DNA of 64,000 nt. Origin: an uncultured Gammaproteobacteria bacterium. GTDB lineage: Bacteria; Patescibacteriota; Microgenomatia; Levybacterales; UBA12049. The position numbers and the translations under genes were made by a program. The number at the start of each line of letters is the position of its first letter. The stretch's first letter is position 1. Where the stretch lies: contig CAZIDK010000001.1 of assembly GCA_964537895.1 (NCBI GenBank), forward strand, positions 134,198 to 198,197. The letters run 5' to 3'. Under the pieces are notes generated by a model, which had not been told where the DNA came from, searched no databases, and was given only the letters and a program-made list of their open reading frames with translations. Below are positions 19,518 through 30,699 of the stretch, one piece after another.

Positions 19518-20053
19518 TATTTATGAAGTACAATTTCTCCGCCTGTTGGATAAACCGTTTTAACTCTTACCGGCTCTACCCCTTTTGTTTTGTAGAAAAT
19601 CTCTGCTATTTGCAGTACTTCTTCCAATAATTCTTTTGCCGCAGCCATATCAATATTTTGTCTGGCTTTTGCCCCAAGTTTGTTTGCATTTGAGAAATGT
19701 TCTCCTAACTTAGGATGCTCTTTATAGTGTTCTTCTCTGAAATAGTCATTCTCAAGAGTAGTTAGTTCTTCTTCCAAAAGACTTGAATGATCTTCTTTAA
19801 CATATGTAATTCTTGCAATATCATGCTCCGGTTTTGTTTCAGCTTGTCCTGAGTTTGCTTGTGGTGAGCTTGCCGAATCCGTCGAAGGATTATCCCTTTT
19901 AACCTCTGTTAAGAGTTGGGTCATGCGAATAATTGTATGCGCTGCAACTTGTGCGTTATGGGGATCATATATTCCGCAGGGAATATCACAATGAGCATAG
20001 GCTATTTTTCCTATTAACAACTTTTCCAAAAGAAAACGGAGAACTGTTTTCAT
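19517..20053 (-). CDS. sodN: nickel-containing superoxide dismutase precursor
   Basis: A pro-peptide is followed by the Ni-hook HCDIPCGIYDP (HCDxPCGxYDP). Cleavage before His would expose His1. It carries an internal acidic/Ser-rich insertion compared with about 130-aa NiSODs. Confidence 0.8.
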   Translation of the reverse strand: MKTVLRFLLEKLLIGKIAYAHCDIPCGIYDPHNAQVAAHTIIRMTQLLTEVKRDNPSTDSASSPQANSGQAETKPEHDIARITYVKEDHSSLLEEELTTLENDYFREEHYKEHPKLGEHFSNANKLGAKARQNIDMAAAKELLEEVLQIAEIFYKTKGVEPVRVKTVYPTGGEIVLHK

Positions 20054-20158
20054 AATTAAATGATAATACGTAAGAGAGGAAATGTCAAAAAGTTAATTTC
20101 CTTAATCTCAAAAAGCCGCTTGGCTTGATAAATAAAATAAATGTGATAATCTAAAGTT

Positions 20159-20611
20159 ATGCCACAAACTTCTATTGAAAAAATTAAACAAGAGTTTCCT
20201 GTTAAGAACGTAAATGTAACCCACCGTTCCAAACTTTCCAGACTTGATAAAGTAGCTATTTTGGTGACAGAAAAAATCGGCACAATGGGATTTTTTCTTG
20301 TAATTCTTGCTTGGACAATTACTTGGCTTTCATGGAATATTCTTGCACCTAAAGAATTAAGATTTGACCCCTACCCCGCTTTTGTATTATGGCTTTTCAT
20401 TTCTAATCTTATTCAGCTCCATATTCTTCCTCTTCTTTTGATTGGTCAAAACATTCAAGGAAAACATGCGCAGCTTCGGGCAGAACATGATTTCGCAACT
20501 GATATAAAAGCGGAAAAAGAAATAGAAACAATTTTGGTTCATTTGGAAAATCAACAAAAATTAATGCTTGAGATTTTAAAAAGATTGGAAAAACTTGAAG
20601 AGAGAAAATAA
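20159..20611 (+). CDS. DUF1003-family membrane protein
   Basis: 150 aa with two TM helices and a C-terminal coiled coil. The pattern HRSKLSRLDKVAILVTEKIGTMGFFLVI...LLLIGQNIQ is typical of DUF1003. Confidence 0.5.
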   Translation: MPQTSIEKIKQEFPVKNVNVTHRSKLSRLDKVAILVTEKIGTMGFFLVILAWTITWLSWNILAPKELRFDPYPAFVLWLFISNLIQLHILPLLLIGQNIQGKHAQLRAEHDFATDIKAEKEIETILVHLENQQKLMLEILKRLEKLEERK

Positions 20612-20612
20612 C

Positions 20613-21080
20613 CTAATCCGGCCTCTTATTATTAGCTTGCAAATCCCACTTTCTGATTTCTCCTTCTGTTAAAAAAGTTGGGGGAACGCCTACTCCATTA
20701 TTACGTAGAGTAAAGCCGTGCTGCCATGGAACACCGTTTTTCATACTGCTTTCACCTTTTATCGCAAAGAATATTTGACTTGATCCATTTTGTAACCTTA
20801 TATGAGAATCTCTGGTTTCTGCAGGAGATGATCTAACCTCCCTACCTTTCTTAAGACCATAAACTCTTCCTATAAAAGTCATCTCTACTCCATCTACGGT
20901 AAGAATGAGTCTTTCGCCCTTTTTTCCAGGCGCAACAGTTTCAATTCTCGCCGTTACCCTAGGAAGAGGCTGAACGGTTTCTGGTTTAAACTCTGGACGT
21001 TCAGGAGGAGTCAGAACAGGAATTGCGGATTGCGTGGGTTCATCAAGTAATCCTGTTCCGGACATTCCCGGACCTTTCAC
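20613..21080 (-). CDS. hypothetical protein (GTG start; locally GC-rich; possible frameshift with the upstream 39-codon ORF)
   Basis: 155 aa with no recognisable motif. It is preceded by an A7 run (21084..21095 region) that separates it from a 39-codon ORF (MAWYNPCMSEGKEGVHP...) in another frame. Confidence 0.3.
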   Translation of the reverse strand: MKGPGMSGTGLLDEPTQSAIPVLTPPERPEFKPETVQPLPRVTARIETVAPGKKGERLILTVDGVEMTFIGRVYGLKKGREVRSSPAETRDSHIRLQNGSSQIFFAIKGESSMKNGVPWQHGFTLRNNGVGVPPTFLTEGEIRKWDLQANNKRPD

Positions 21081-21268
21081 TTTTCCTTTTTTTCTTAGCG
21101 CCGGTAAAGAACCTTCCTCGCCGGAATAACGGATGCCCCTAAATTAGACGATTGCGGTCGTGGATGTACGCCTTCTTTGCCTTCACTCATACAAGGATTA
21201 TACCATGCCATAGTGTCTAATCAAGTTATTCTGTTGAAAAAAACATTCAATTTCTATACGATGTAAAC

Positions 21269-22273
21269 ATGCTGCCTATTGATGTAATATGCGTTGGAGA
21301 CGCGAAATTAGATATCTTCCTCACAATTGATGAAAAAAACACACACGTTAAGCTTGATAGCAACACCCGTGAGTTGCGTTTTGGACATGGAGAAAAAATA
21401 GAAGTAAAAAAAATGAATTTATCTATTGGAGGAAATGCCGCAAATGTAGCGGTTGGCATTTCGAGGCTTGGGCTTAAAAGCTCCTTAGTTGCGGAACTAG
21501 GCAAAGATGAATTCTCGCAAAAAATTATAAATAACTTAACCGGAGAAAATGTCAGCTTGGAACTTGTTAAACAAATATCAAACGAGGATTCGTCCATAAC
21601 GGTTGCAATAAGTTATAAAGGCGATAGAACTCTTTTTACAGAACATGCCACCAGAAAACATGACTTTAATTTTGATAATTTAGAAACTAAATTTGTTTAC
21701 TTAACAAGCCTGGGGAAAGAATGGGAAAAAGCTTATGAGAAAACCCTTAATTTTGCAGAAAAAAATAATATCAAATTAATTTTTAATCCTGGGACTCTTC
21801 AGATTGAAAAAAGAAATCCAATTATTTGGTCTGCTATTTCCAAATCGGACATACTCTTTGTAAATAAAGAGGAGGCAGAAGAACTTCTTTACGGAAAAGA
21901 AATAAATTTACCCTCAAGTTCCGAAAACTATGTACAAAAACTCCTTTATGGATTAAAAAGCTTGGGAGCAAAAATTGTTGTGATAACCGACGGCAATACA
22001 GGCTCCTATGTAATGGATAAGGCTCACAACACTTACCGGCTGGGTATTATTCCCTGCGAAGTAGTTGAAAAAACAGGAGCAGGAGATGCATATACCTCGG
22101 GATTTATCTCTGCAATTCTTAACAGTGAAACTATGCAGGAAGCAATGCGCTGGGGAGCTTTTAATTCCACGGCCGTAATTGGAGAAATCGGAGCAGAAAA
22201 AGGATTATTAACCAAAGATGAAATGCTCGAAAAATTAAAATCTAACGAAGATTTTAAAGCAAAAGAAATATAG
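21269..22273 (+). CDS. PfkB-family carbohydrate kinase (ribokinase-like)
   Basis: GGNAANVAVGISRLG is the N-terminal GG motif. TGAGDAYTSGFISA is the C-terminal anion-hole/DTxGAGD motif. Confidence 0.85.
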   Translation: MLPIDVICVGDAKLDIFLTIDEKNTHVKLDSNTRELRFGHGEKIEVKKMNLSIGGNAANVAVGISRLGLKSSLVAELGKDEFSQKIINNLTGENVSLELVKQISNEDSSITVAISYKGDRTLFTEHATRKHDFNFDNLETKFVYLTSLGKEWEKAYEKTLNFAEKNNIKLIFNPGTLQIEKRNPIIWSAISKSDILFVNKEEAEELLYGKEINLPSSSENYVQKLLYGLKSLGAKIVVITDGNTGSYVMDKAHNTYRLGIIPCEVVEKTGAGDAYTSGFISAILNSETMQEAMRWGAFNSTAVIGEIGAEKGLLTKDEMLEKLKSNEDFKAKEI

Positions 22274-22295
22274 AATTATCGCAAAAAATTCGTTT

Positions 22296-22631
22296 TTACC
22301 TGCGTAAGCTATGCACAAAAGTATTGGAAATAGATAAAATTATTCCAAAAATAAATGCCCACAAAAAGCCATCCACAATAAATCCGGGAACAAACTTGCT
22401 TACAAGAAGTATTAGTGTTGCGTTTATAACAAAAGTAAAAAGTCCCAAGGTAAGAATATTTATTGGAAGAGTAAGAATAAGAAGAACGGGTTTTAAAAAA
22501 GCGTTTATTATTCCTAAAACCAAAGCAACTGCTAAAGCCGAGGTAAAACTTGCAACATGAACTCCAGGCAATATATATGCAATACTAAAAACAACCATCG
22601 CGCTGATTATCCAACTTATGAGTATTCCCAT
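22296..22631 (-). CDS. DUF360 / phage-holin-4_2 family membrane protein
   Basis: 111 aa with 3 to 4 TM helices. LPGVHVASFTSALAVALVLGIINAFLKPVLLILTLPINILTLGLFTFVINATLILLVSKFVPGFIVDGF matches the family consensus closely. Confidence 0.7.
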   Translation of the reverse strand: MGILISWIISAMVVFSIAYILPGVHVASFTSALAVALVLGIINAFLKPVLLILTLPINILTLGLFTFVINATLILLVSKFVPGFIVDGFLWAFIFGIILSISNTFVHSLRR

Positions 22632-22647
22632 AACTCTATTATATAGC

Positions 22648-23214
22648 TTAGGATAGTTTACGCAAGGTATCTTTTACGCTTTTTAATATTGGGTGTTTTA
22701 CCGCAAGCAGTACTTCGTCTATGAGCTGAATTCTGGAAAGAGCGCCAAATGTTTCAACTGCTGTCGGATTAATCCTTGCGCTATAAAGTCTGTTTAAAAT
22801 ATCATCCGAAAGCGCGGCCGGCCTTCTACCCGGAGCAAAAGCATATGCCAGCGAATCCAATTCCGGATCATAAAAAATAGCCGATGCTCCGGCAGGACTT
22901 ACGGAAGAATGACCCAAATCAAACCTTCTTCCTGTTAATTTAAAATAATCCCTAACAATAGGCAAAACTCTCTCTGTTGTAAAACGTAAATTTTCTTTCG
23001 CGCCCTCCAAAGGGCTTTCATTGTGCTCTTGTAAAGGATTATGCTCTTCGGTTGTGCCGTTGACATGATCATTAATCAGGCCTCTTCTGAATTGACTTAG
23101 TTCAAAAATTGCCTTTTTTGCCTGCATTTTAGCATGTGCTTCAAATGTTAACGCCTGAACAGCTTCTCTTTCCATATAGTACAGAATAATATCATAATAA
23201 CGCTTATTTATCAA
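22648..23214 (-). CDS. hypothetical protein (GC-richer than its surroundings)
   Basis: 188 aa soluble protein with no motif recognised. Confidence 0.3.
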   Translation of the reverse strand: MINKRYYDIILYYMEREAVQALTFEAHAKMQAKKAIFELSQFRRGLINDHVNGTTEEHNPLQEHNESPLEGAKENLRFTTERVLPIVRDYFKLTGRRFDLGHSSVSPAGASAIFYDPELDSLAYAFAPGRRPAALSDDILNRLYSARINPTAVETFGALSRIQLIDEVLLAVKHPILKSVKDTLRKLS

Positions 23215-23437
23215 CTATAGGTTGCGTCGATGTCCTCCTCTATTTCAGATTAAACCGTGACACTAGAAGCAGTTAGCTGAGATTGTTCCTATATGATTAA
23301 TCTGCGATAAATGATAAAATATATTCAAGAAAGGTTAATTTATGGCAAAATCTAAAAGAAAAACATTAGGCAAAGGTCAGTTTGCAAAAAGGAAAAGAGG
23401 ACTAAGACACGGAACTCCAAGGTAATTTACCAAGCTA

Positions 23438-23821
23438 ATGCTTGGGGGTTCAAGCTTATGTTATAATTCCGTCATGAGTTTTCCGGAAAGACCTTCAGGG
23501 AATCCTGATGGGCATCCGATAATGCCGGTTGTAAGTGAACGTATTCCAATGGGCGGAATAAAGCCCGATATGGTTGGTCCGGACAATACTGTTAGGGAGG
23601 GTAACTTCAATGATAAAAGAACTTTAATATTAGAAGAGCTTAGTAAACGTCCGTGGTTCCGAGCCTTAGCTGAAGATGTTCAAGCAAATAGAAAAAGCGC
23701 AATCTTGGTCACTTTTGTCGGAGGGGTAATGATAATTGCTGTTGCGGCGGCAGGATATGAGTTTGGCATACGTCATGGACGCGATATTCGACAACTTTTT
23801 CCACAAAGAAAGAAAAAGTAG
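23438..23821 (+). CDS. hypothetical protein with C-terminal TM helix
   Basis: 127 aa. The C-terminus AILVTFVGGVMIIAVAAAGYEFGI is hydrophobic. Confidence 0.3.
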   Translation: MLGGSSLCYNSVMSFPERPSGNPDGHPIMPVVSERIPMGGIKPDMVGPDNTVREGNFNDKRTLILEELSKRPWFRALAEDVQANRKSAILVTFVGGVMIIAVAAAGYEFGIRHGRDIRQLFPQRKKK

Positions 23822-23836
23822 TATAATGCAACTAAC

Positions 23837-24298
23837 ATGAAGGTTAAGGATGTATTCCAAAAAAAAGTTGGCTACATTACTCCCGATGCTACCCTTTCCG
23901 AAGCTGCGCGATTTATCTTTGGGCATGATTATAAAGGACTGCCTGTTGTAAAAGGCAAAAGAAAAAAGCTTGTTGGTTTTATTACGGACCAGGATATTAC
24001 TTCTCAATTATTTCCTAGCATTCAGGAGTTAATGGAAGATTATGTGCATGAAAAGGATTTTGAAGCAATGGAAAAAAGAGTAAAAAGCGTTTTAGTTAAA
24101 AAAGTAAAAGACGTAATGAGCAAAAAAGTTATATCAATTCATATAGATGAACCTCTTTTGAAAGCCGAATCAATAATGAAGCTAAAAGATATTAGACGTC
24201 TCCCAGTTGTAGATGACAAAGGCAACCTAATCGGGATTATTTCTAAAGGAGACATTTTTAGAGCGTTAGTAAGCCCCAAAATTAGAGGTTTTAAGTAA
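23837..24298 (+). CDS. CBS-domain pair protein
   Basis: It has two CBS repeats: GLPVV...VGFITDQDI and RRLPVVDDKGNLIGIISKGDIFRA. Confidence 0.8.
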   Translation: MKVKDVFQKKVGYITPDATLSEAARFIFGHDYKGLPVVKGKRKKLVGFITDQDITSQLFPSIQELMEDYVHEKDFEAMEKRVKSVLVKKVKDVMSKKVISIHIDEPLLKAESIMKLKDIRRLPVVDDKGNLIGIISKGDIFRALVSPKIRGFK

Positions 24299-24402
24299 AT
24301 TTTTGATCATTTGGGAAATTCAATGGTGCCCCGAAGCATCTTCTGCTTTAACTTTTAGAAGGAACTGATGAATTAAGCTAATCTTCGGAAGATTTGACTA
24401 CG

Positions 24403-25374
24403 CTAATTTAGATATTTTTCAATATTTTCCAGATGCTCTTCGTATGTAACCGAACAATGAATCTGGCCATGAGAATCATGTAAATAATATATACAGTCCG
24501 TTTCCTCGGGATTTAAGGCTGCTTTTATAGCATCTATTCCGGGGTTGGAAATAGGATGAGGAGGAAGTCCGGCATTTTTATAACTGTTGTAAGGAGAATC
24601 TATTTCTTTTATGTCGGATGGCGTAACAATCGGCCACCATACGCCGTTTGTTTTACCTTTTGCATACTGGATAGTAGCATCGGCTTGCAGTTTTTGACCA
24701 ATAAGAAGCCTGTTCCATAGGATACCAGCGATAATAGGCATGTCTGAAGGCCCCCCTGCCTCTCTTTGGACAATGGAAGCTAATTTGAGCCCCGTCGTCC
24801 ATTTAATATTTTTCCTTGCAAACCCATCAAGATAAGGTGCTAATTTTTCGTTGAAATGATTAATCATCCTGTTTGCAATTTCTAAGCCGTTTTCTTTAAC
24901 CGGAATAAGATAGGTATCCGGAAAATAAACTCCTTCCATATAATCGTATTTCATTGCTGTATAGGTATTGTTCCATTTCTCCAATTCTTCATCGCTCCAG
25001 CCAAAAGTTAATTTAAGATTTTCCCCTATTTGTTCTTTCCGCATTCCCTCAAGCACGGTTATCCATTTTAAATCGGGGCCCTTGGTTATTTTGTCGATAA
25101 CTGTCCAGGTGTCCATATTTTTTGAAAGATAATATCCGCCCGGCTGTACTTTACCATGCTTTCCTTTTAAGTTTAAGGCAATTTCAAACGCAATCATGGA
25201 TTTAACGAAACCCTTTTCGGAAAGTGTTAAGCCTGCAACATCGTCTCTGTCGGTATCCAAAGTTACGATTTCTATTTTGCTTTCGGATTTGGGCGCGCTG
25301 AAGGGATTAAGGAAAAAATAGGCGGAAGCGATAGAAAGCAAGAGAACAAAAAATAGTACTGTAATTTTTTTCAT
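24403..25374 (-). CDS. mltG: endolytic murein transglycosylase MltG (YceG-like)
   Basis: An N-terminal TM is followed by the YceG core: ...GGYYLSKNM..., LASIVQREAG, QADATIQYA, YNSYKNAGLPPHPISNPG. Confidence 0.85.
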   Translation of the reverse strand: MKKITVLFFVLLLSIASAYFFLNPFSAPKSESKIEIVTLDTDRDDVAGLTLSEKGFVKSMIAFEIALNLKGKHGKVQPGGYYLSKNMDTWTVIDKITKGPDLKWITVLEGMRKEQIGENLKLTFGWSDEELEKWNNTYTAMKYDYMEGVYFPDTYLIPVKENGLEIANRMINHFNEKLAPYLDGFARKNIKWTTGLKLASIVQREAGGPSDMPIIAGILWNRLLIGQKLQADATIQYAKGKTNGVWWPIVTPSDIKEIDSPYNSYKNAGLPPHPISNPGIDAIKAALNPEETDCIYYLHDSHGQIHCSVTYEEHLENIEKYLN

Positions 25375-25470
25375 GAGGCAATTATACCAGAAGAAAAGCT
25401 GATGCTCCGCGCAATGCCTGCCCGTCTTTGGAGGGGACGATGTTAGAACCTATTATACTAACTAATTTTT

Positions 25471-26124
25471 TTATACTTCTTGTTTAGAAACTTGGTTAAT
25501 ATATTTTGTAATTGTCTTATCTGTTATTTCTTCCAGAGGAATTGCTGTTTGATTTTGTAATTGTTTTTCTAAATCTAACGCCCTTTTTCTTCTTAACTCT
25601 ACTTCCTCGATATCTGAGAGCTGATGATCTCTTCCTCTGTATCTTTTGATAATCTCATCAAAGCGTTCATTTATTTTAACTACTGCAAAGGGAGCACATC
25701 TAAGATCTGCATATGTAACAATTTTTAGATTAAAGTTAGCTGATACAAGGACTTCTTGTAATCTTGAACTTCCCGTATGGGTAAGGACTTCATAAACATC
25801 TTCTGTGTTTTTTAATTCTTTTACCATTTTGTATGTTGCAAGATGTTCATCGTTATTATATTTACTTTTATAAATTTGCTGTTGTGTTTCCCAAAATTTA
25901 ATCTTTTTCTTTTCTTCAATAGTTAGGAAATTATTTGCTAAATCAAATTTAATAATATTTCCTATATCGTGAAGTAATAATGATTTAATAATTAGAGCCT
26001 TATCTACTTTATTAGGATTTTTAAAGTTATCCGAAAGATAGACTCCTAAAGCAGCCGCTCTTATTTGGTGTTGCTGCAGAAGTTGAGGAACTGGATATTT
26101 TTTATATATTGATGTTATTATCAC
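25471..26124 (-). CDS. HD-domain phosphohydrolase
   Basis: LLLHDIGN is the HD motif. A downstream D and the helical core are present. Confidence 0.65.
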   Translation of the reverse strand: MIITSIYKKYPVPQLLQQHQIRAAALGVYLSDNFKNPNKVDKALIIKSLLLHDIGNIIKFDLANNFLTIEEKKKIKFWETQQQIYKSKYNNDEHLATYKMVKELKNTEDVYEVLTHTGSSRLQEVLVSANFNLKIVTYADLRCAPFAVVKINERFDEIIKRYRGRDHQLSDIEEVELRRKRALDLEKQLQNQTAIPLEEITDKTITKYINQVSKQEV

Positions 26125-26254
26125 ATCATAATTATATCAGAAGAATAATTGAGGCTAAAACCGAACCCGCCTAAAGACTCTAGCTTTACTTGATATTTAA
26201 TGGTAAAATCAACTACATTCCGCCGCAGTCAAACGCGGCTGGGAAGTTAGACAT

Positions 26255-26510
26255 TCCGCGGTAGCTCAACGGTAGAGCAGGAAACTGTAAAATAATGCAG
26301 CCCTCAATGGAAATGTTGAGGAGAAAAACTGGGCTAATTCGGGGAAACCCCTAGGGGCAATCCCGAGCTAAATCTCGCAAGAGTAAATGTGTAGAGACTA
26401 TATACCCAGGACCTAACTCGCAAGATATGGTCAAGAGATAGTCCACGCTTCGATGAAAGTCGGGGATAAGTGTAATTTCAAGGTTCTAGGTTCGAATCCT
26501 AGCCGCGGAG
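26255..26510 (+). tRNA. tRNA gene interrupted in the anticodon loop by a probable group I intron of about 184 nt; anticodon UGU (Thr) or GUA (Tyr) depending on intron boundary
   Basis: A 7-bp acceptor stem pairs tccgcgg (26255-61) with ccgcgga (26503-09). There is a D arm gctc/gagc. The T arm is ctagg-TTCGAAT-cctag (26486-26502). Between the 5' anticodon-stem half (ggaaa|ct, ends in U at 26286) and the 3' exon lies about 184 nt ending in G (26470). The insert carries group-I-like elements (...gactata..., aagatatggtc...gatagtcc). There is no encoded CCA. Confidence 0.6.
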
Positions 26511-26514
26511 CAGA

Positions 26515-27597
26515 TTAGCCGAGGTAGTCTTTAAGTTTATTGCCGCGGGATGGATGCCTTAATTTCCTCAAGGATTTTGCTTCGATTTGTCTTATTCTTT
26601 CTCTTGTTACCGCAAACATTTTTCCAACCTCTTCCAGCGTTTTTGGCCGTCCGTCTTTTAAGCCAAATCTTTCTTCCAAAACTCTTTTTTCTCTGTCAGA
26701 AAGAGTTGATAAGACCTGTTCTACCTGCTCTTTTAAAAGTTCCCTACTTGCCGTGTCAAAAAGAGTCGGAGCCGCAGTATCGTGAATAAAATCACCTAAG
26801 CGCGAATCTTCTTCGTCTCCAACAGGCGATTCTAAACTTGCCGGCTCCTGGGAAATTTTAATTATCTCCAACGCTTTTTCAGGGTCAATATCCAAAGCTT
26901 TGGCAACTTCTTCAGGCGTTGGCTCTCTTCCTAACTCCTGCATCAATTTTCTTGATGCTCTTAGAAATCTATTGATATTTTCAACCATATGAACAGGAAT
27001 CCTGATGGTCCTTGCCTGGTCAGCAATGGCGCGTGTTATGGATTGCCTAATCCACCAAGTCGCATAAGTTGAAAACTTATAACCCCTTCTCCAATCGTAT
27101 TTTTCAACTGCTCTTATTAAACCCTGATTTCCCTCCTGGATTAAATCTAAAAGCGTTAACCCACGACCGACATATTTTTTAGCAATAGACACAACTAATC
27201 TTAAATTTGAATTTACAAGAATTTTCTTTGCTTCGTGGTCTGCTTTTTCAACTCTTTTTGCCAAAGAGATTTCTTGGTCAAAGGTTAAAAGAGGAATTCT
27301 GCCGATTTCTTTAAGATACATTCTTACCGGGTCGGAGACTGTGCCTTCAGTTAAAACAGTTAATGCTTCCAGTTCTTTTTCCAAATCTTCTATCGGCTTC
27401 TCATTGCTCTGATCGGCTGCAACGGACTCAAAAACATCAATATCCGAATGCATTAATTTATCGTAAAGCTGATCAAGCTCAACAATGTGCTCTTCCGGAT
27501 GGGGAAAAATAGATAAAATTTCGTCTTGGGTGATATACCCGCGTTTTTTAGCAGACATAACGATATCTAATAAAATATTTGGCTGTTTTTGTTTCAT
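26515..27597 (-). CDS. rpoD: RNA polymerase primary sigma factor (sigma-70, RpoD)
   Basis: Region 2.x is [29 protein letters not shown]. The region 4 HTH is ...[30 protein letters not shown]. It lies downstream of dnaG. Confidence 0.93.
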   Translation of the reverse strand: MKQKQPNILLDIVMSAKKRGYITQDEILSIFPHPEEHIVELDQLYDKLMHSDIDVFESVAADQSNEKPIEDLEKELEALTVLTEGTVSDPVRMYLKEIGRIPLLTFDQEISLAKRVEKADHEAKKILVNSNLRLVVSIAKKYVGRGLTLLDLIQEGNQGLIRAVEKYDWRRGYKFSTYATWWIRQSITRAIADQARTIRIPVHMVENINRFLRASRKLMQELGREPTPEEVAKALDIDPEKALEIIKISQEPASLESPVGDEEDSRLGDFIHDTAAPTLFDTASRELLKEQVEQVLSTLSDREKRVLEERFGLKDGRPKTLEEVGKMFAVTRERIRQIEAKSLRKLRHPSRGNKLKDYLG

Positions 27598-27650
27598 AGC
27601 AGTCGGCTCTTCTATTTTAACACGAAATGCGGATAAAATAAACCTAGAGT

Positions 27651-29330
27651 TTAATCTTTGGAGACAGATTTCTTTTTCTCTCTTGCGTTAACCTCGGAAA
27701 GCTCGTCTGCCACCTTTACCAGGTCTTCAAAATATTTTTCCTCATTGTTAAACGCCGGCAAAGGTAAAAGATAGCAGCTGTCAAAAGATTTAAGCAGTTC
27801 TGCTGGAAGTCCTTTTGATATTTTTTTGCTGTCAATTTTGGTTTCATTTTTTATGGCTGCGGTCATAAAATCCATAATTTTCTGATATGAGGGTATTTCA
27901 AACTTATAATCCTCGAGAATTTTATTGGCTTTTTCCAAAGCCAGATTTAGGTCCTCACTTTGAACAATAAGCGCTATCAAGTATTCCTCTAAAATCTCGC
28001 GCCTTTTTCGCTTATCAGAAGTTCCAACCGCAACTTTTTCCGATTTTTTCCCGCTTTGATATTTATCTATTTCCTTAGTGATGCTTTCTATAGAAGTATC
28101 TATCTCCTTACTTAATTTTTTAACATAATGTTCTCTTACTACTTCGTTTTCAACTGCGGAAAGAAGAGGTTTCATTTCTTCTACTATCCTCCCTTTCCCC
28201 TGAGATGATGTTTTATCGTAAAGTGACAAAAATTTATCAATTAAAAAATCATAGACTCCAATATCCTCTTTTAACGCTTTTTTAAACGCGCCGGCGTTTT
28301 TTTTAATCGCTTCGTCCGGGTCTTTTCCGTTTGGCACAACAACGATTGTCGTTGTTAAACTTTTTTTTTCAATTATCGGCATGCTTCTTTTTATGGCCTC
28401 AAAACCGGCTTCGTCCATATCAAGACAAAGAGTAATTTTAGGAGTAAAACGAGACAAAAGCGCAACTTGATTTTCGGTTAATGCCGTTCCTTTTATGGCA
28501 ATCGTATTCCTTATTCCCTCTTTAAAACAAGCAATAACGTCAAATTCCCCTTCAACCAAAATTGCCTGCTGTTGTTTTTTTATTTCGTCCTTTGCATTAT
28601 CCAGCCCAAAAAAAAGACTCCCCTTATGATAAACGCTTGTCTCCTTTGTGTTGATATATTTCGGACTATCGGAATTTTCATCTAATATCCTGGCTGAAAA
28701 CCCAACTATATTTCCTCTATGATCCGACAAGGAGAACATTAGTCTTCCTCTAAAAAAATCGACTGTTCTCCCGCCGTTTTCAAAAGCAAGTCCCGCAAGA
28801 TACAAATCCTGTTTTTTGTATCCCTTTTTGTTCATTAAGTAGTTTGACAATGCGGTTCCGGAAGGAGGGGAAGAACCAAGAGAAAAAGTCTCGATTAGTT
28901 TTTCCGACAATCCCCTTTTTTCCTTTAAATAAAAAAGGGCTTTTTTACCAAGATTATGTTTTAGTAAAACGTATTGATAAAATTTTAAGGCTTGCTTGTT
29001 AAGCGAATAAATTTTTTCTTTTTCCGATTGGGCCTGGTTGTCGTAACTAAAACTTTTAAGCTCGACACCTGCCTTTTTTGCCAAAACCCTTAAGGCTTCG
29101 GGAAACTCCATGTTTTCGTATTGCATTAAAAATGAGAATGCGTCTCCGCCTTTTTGGCAGCCGAAACAATGCCAAATTTGCCGTTCCGGAGAAACCATAA
29201 ACGAAGGGGATTTTTCATTGTGGAATGGACAGTTTGCCTTAAAATTCCTGCCTGCTTTTTTTAATGGCAAATATTCGGAAATAAACGAAACTATATCTAT
29301 TTTTTCTCTGACGTCTGAAGCTTGATCCAT
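27651..29330 (-). CDS. dnaG: DNA primase
   Basis: The zinc ribbon is [13 protein letters not shown]...[16 protein letters not shown] ([12 protein letters not shown]-x-D) is present. The dnaG-rpoD pair is syntenic. Confidence 0.92.
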   Translation of the reverse strand: MDQASDVREKIDIVSFISEYLPLKKAGRNFKANCPFHNEKSPSFMVSPERQIWHCFGCQKGGDAFSFLMQYENMEFPEALRVLAKKAGVELKSFSYDNQAQSEKEKIYSLNKQALKFYQYVLLKHNLGKKALFYLKEKRGLSEKLIETFSLGSSPPSGTALSNYLMNKKGYKKQDLYLAGLAFENGGRTVDFFRGRLMFSLSDHRGNIVGFSARILDENSDSPKYINTKETSVYHKGSLFFGLDNAKDEIKKQQQAILVEGEFDVIACFKEGIRNTIAIKGTALTENQVALLSRFTPKITLCLDMDEAGFEAIKRSMPIIEKKSLTTTIVVVPNGKDPDEAIKKNAGAFKKALKEDIGVYDFLIDKFLSLYDKTSSQGKGRIVEEMKPLLSAVENEVVREHYVKKLSKEIDTSIESITKEIDKYQSGKKSEKVAVGTSDKRKRREILEEYLIALIVQSEDLNLALEKANKILEDYKFEIPSYQKIMDFMTAAIKNETKIDSKKISKGLPAELLKSFDSCYLLPLPAFNNEEKYFEDLVKVADELSEVNAREKKKSVSKD

Positions 29331-29397
29331 TTCGTGTATTGTACCACGAGTCCCACATTTTTGAAATGTGAGGGGTTGCTTTTACTAATGATATTAG

Positions 29398-30687
<1,290 letters not shown>

Positions 30688-30699
30688 ATCATTATCTCT

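Noticed and set aside
23341-23424. A 27-codon highly basic ORF (MAKSKRKTLGKGQFAKRKRGLRHGTPR) that resembles a tiny ribosomal protein.
   Set aside because: It does not match any ribosomal protein signature I can recall (not L34, L36, S21 or S22). It is too short to call without conservation evidence. It is mentioned only within the GC-rich patch finding.
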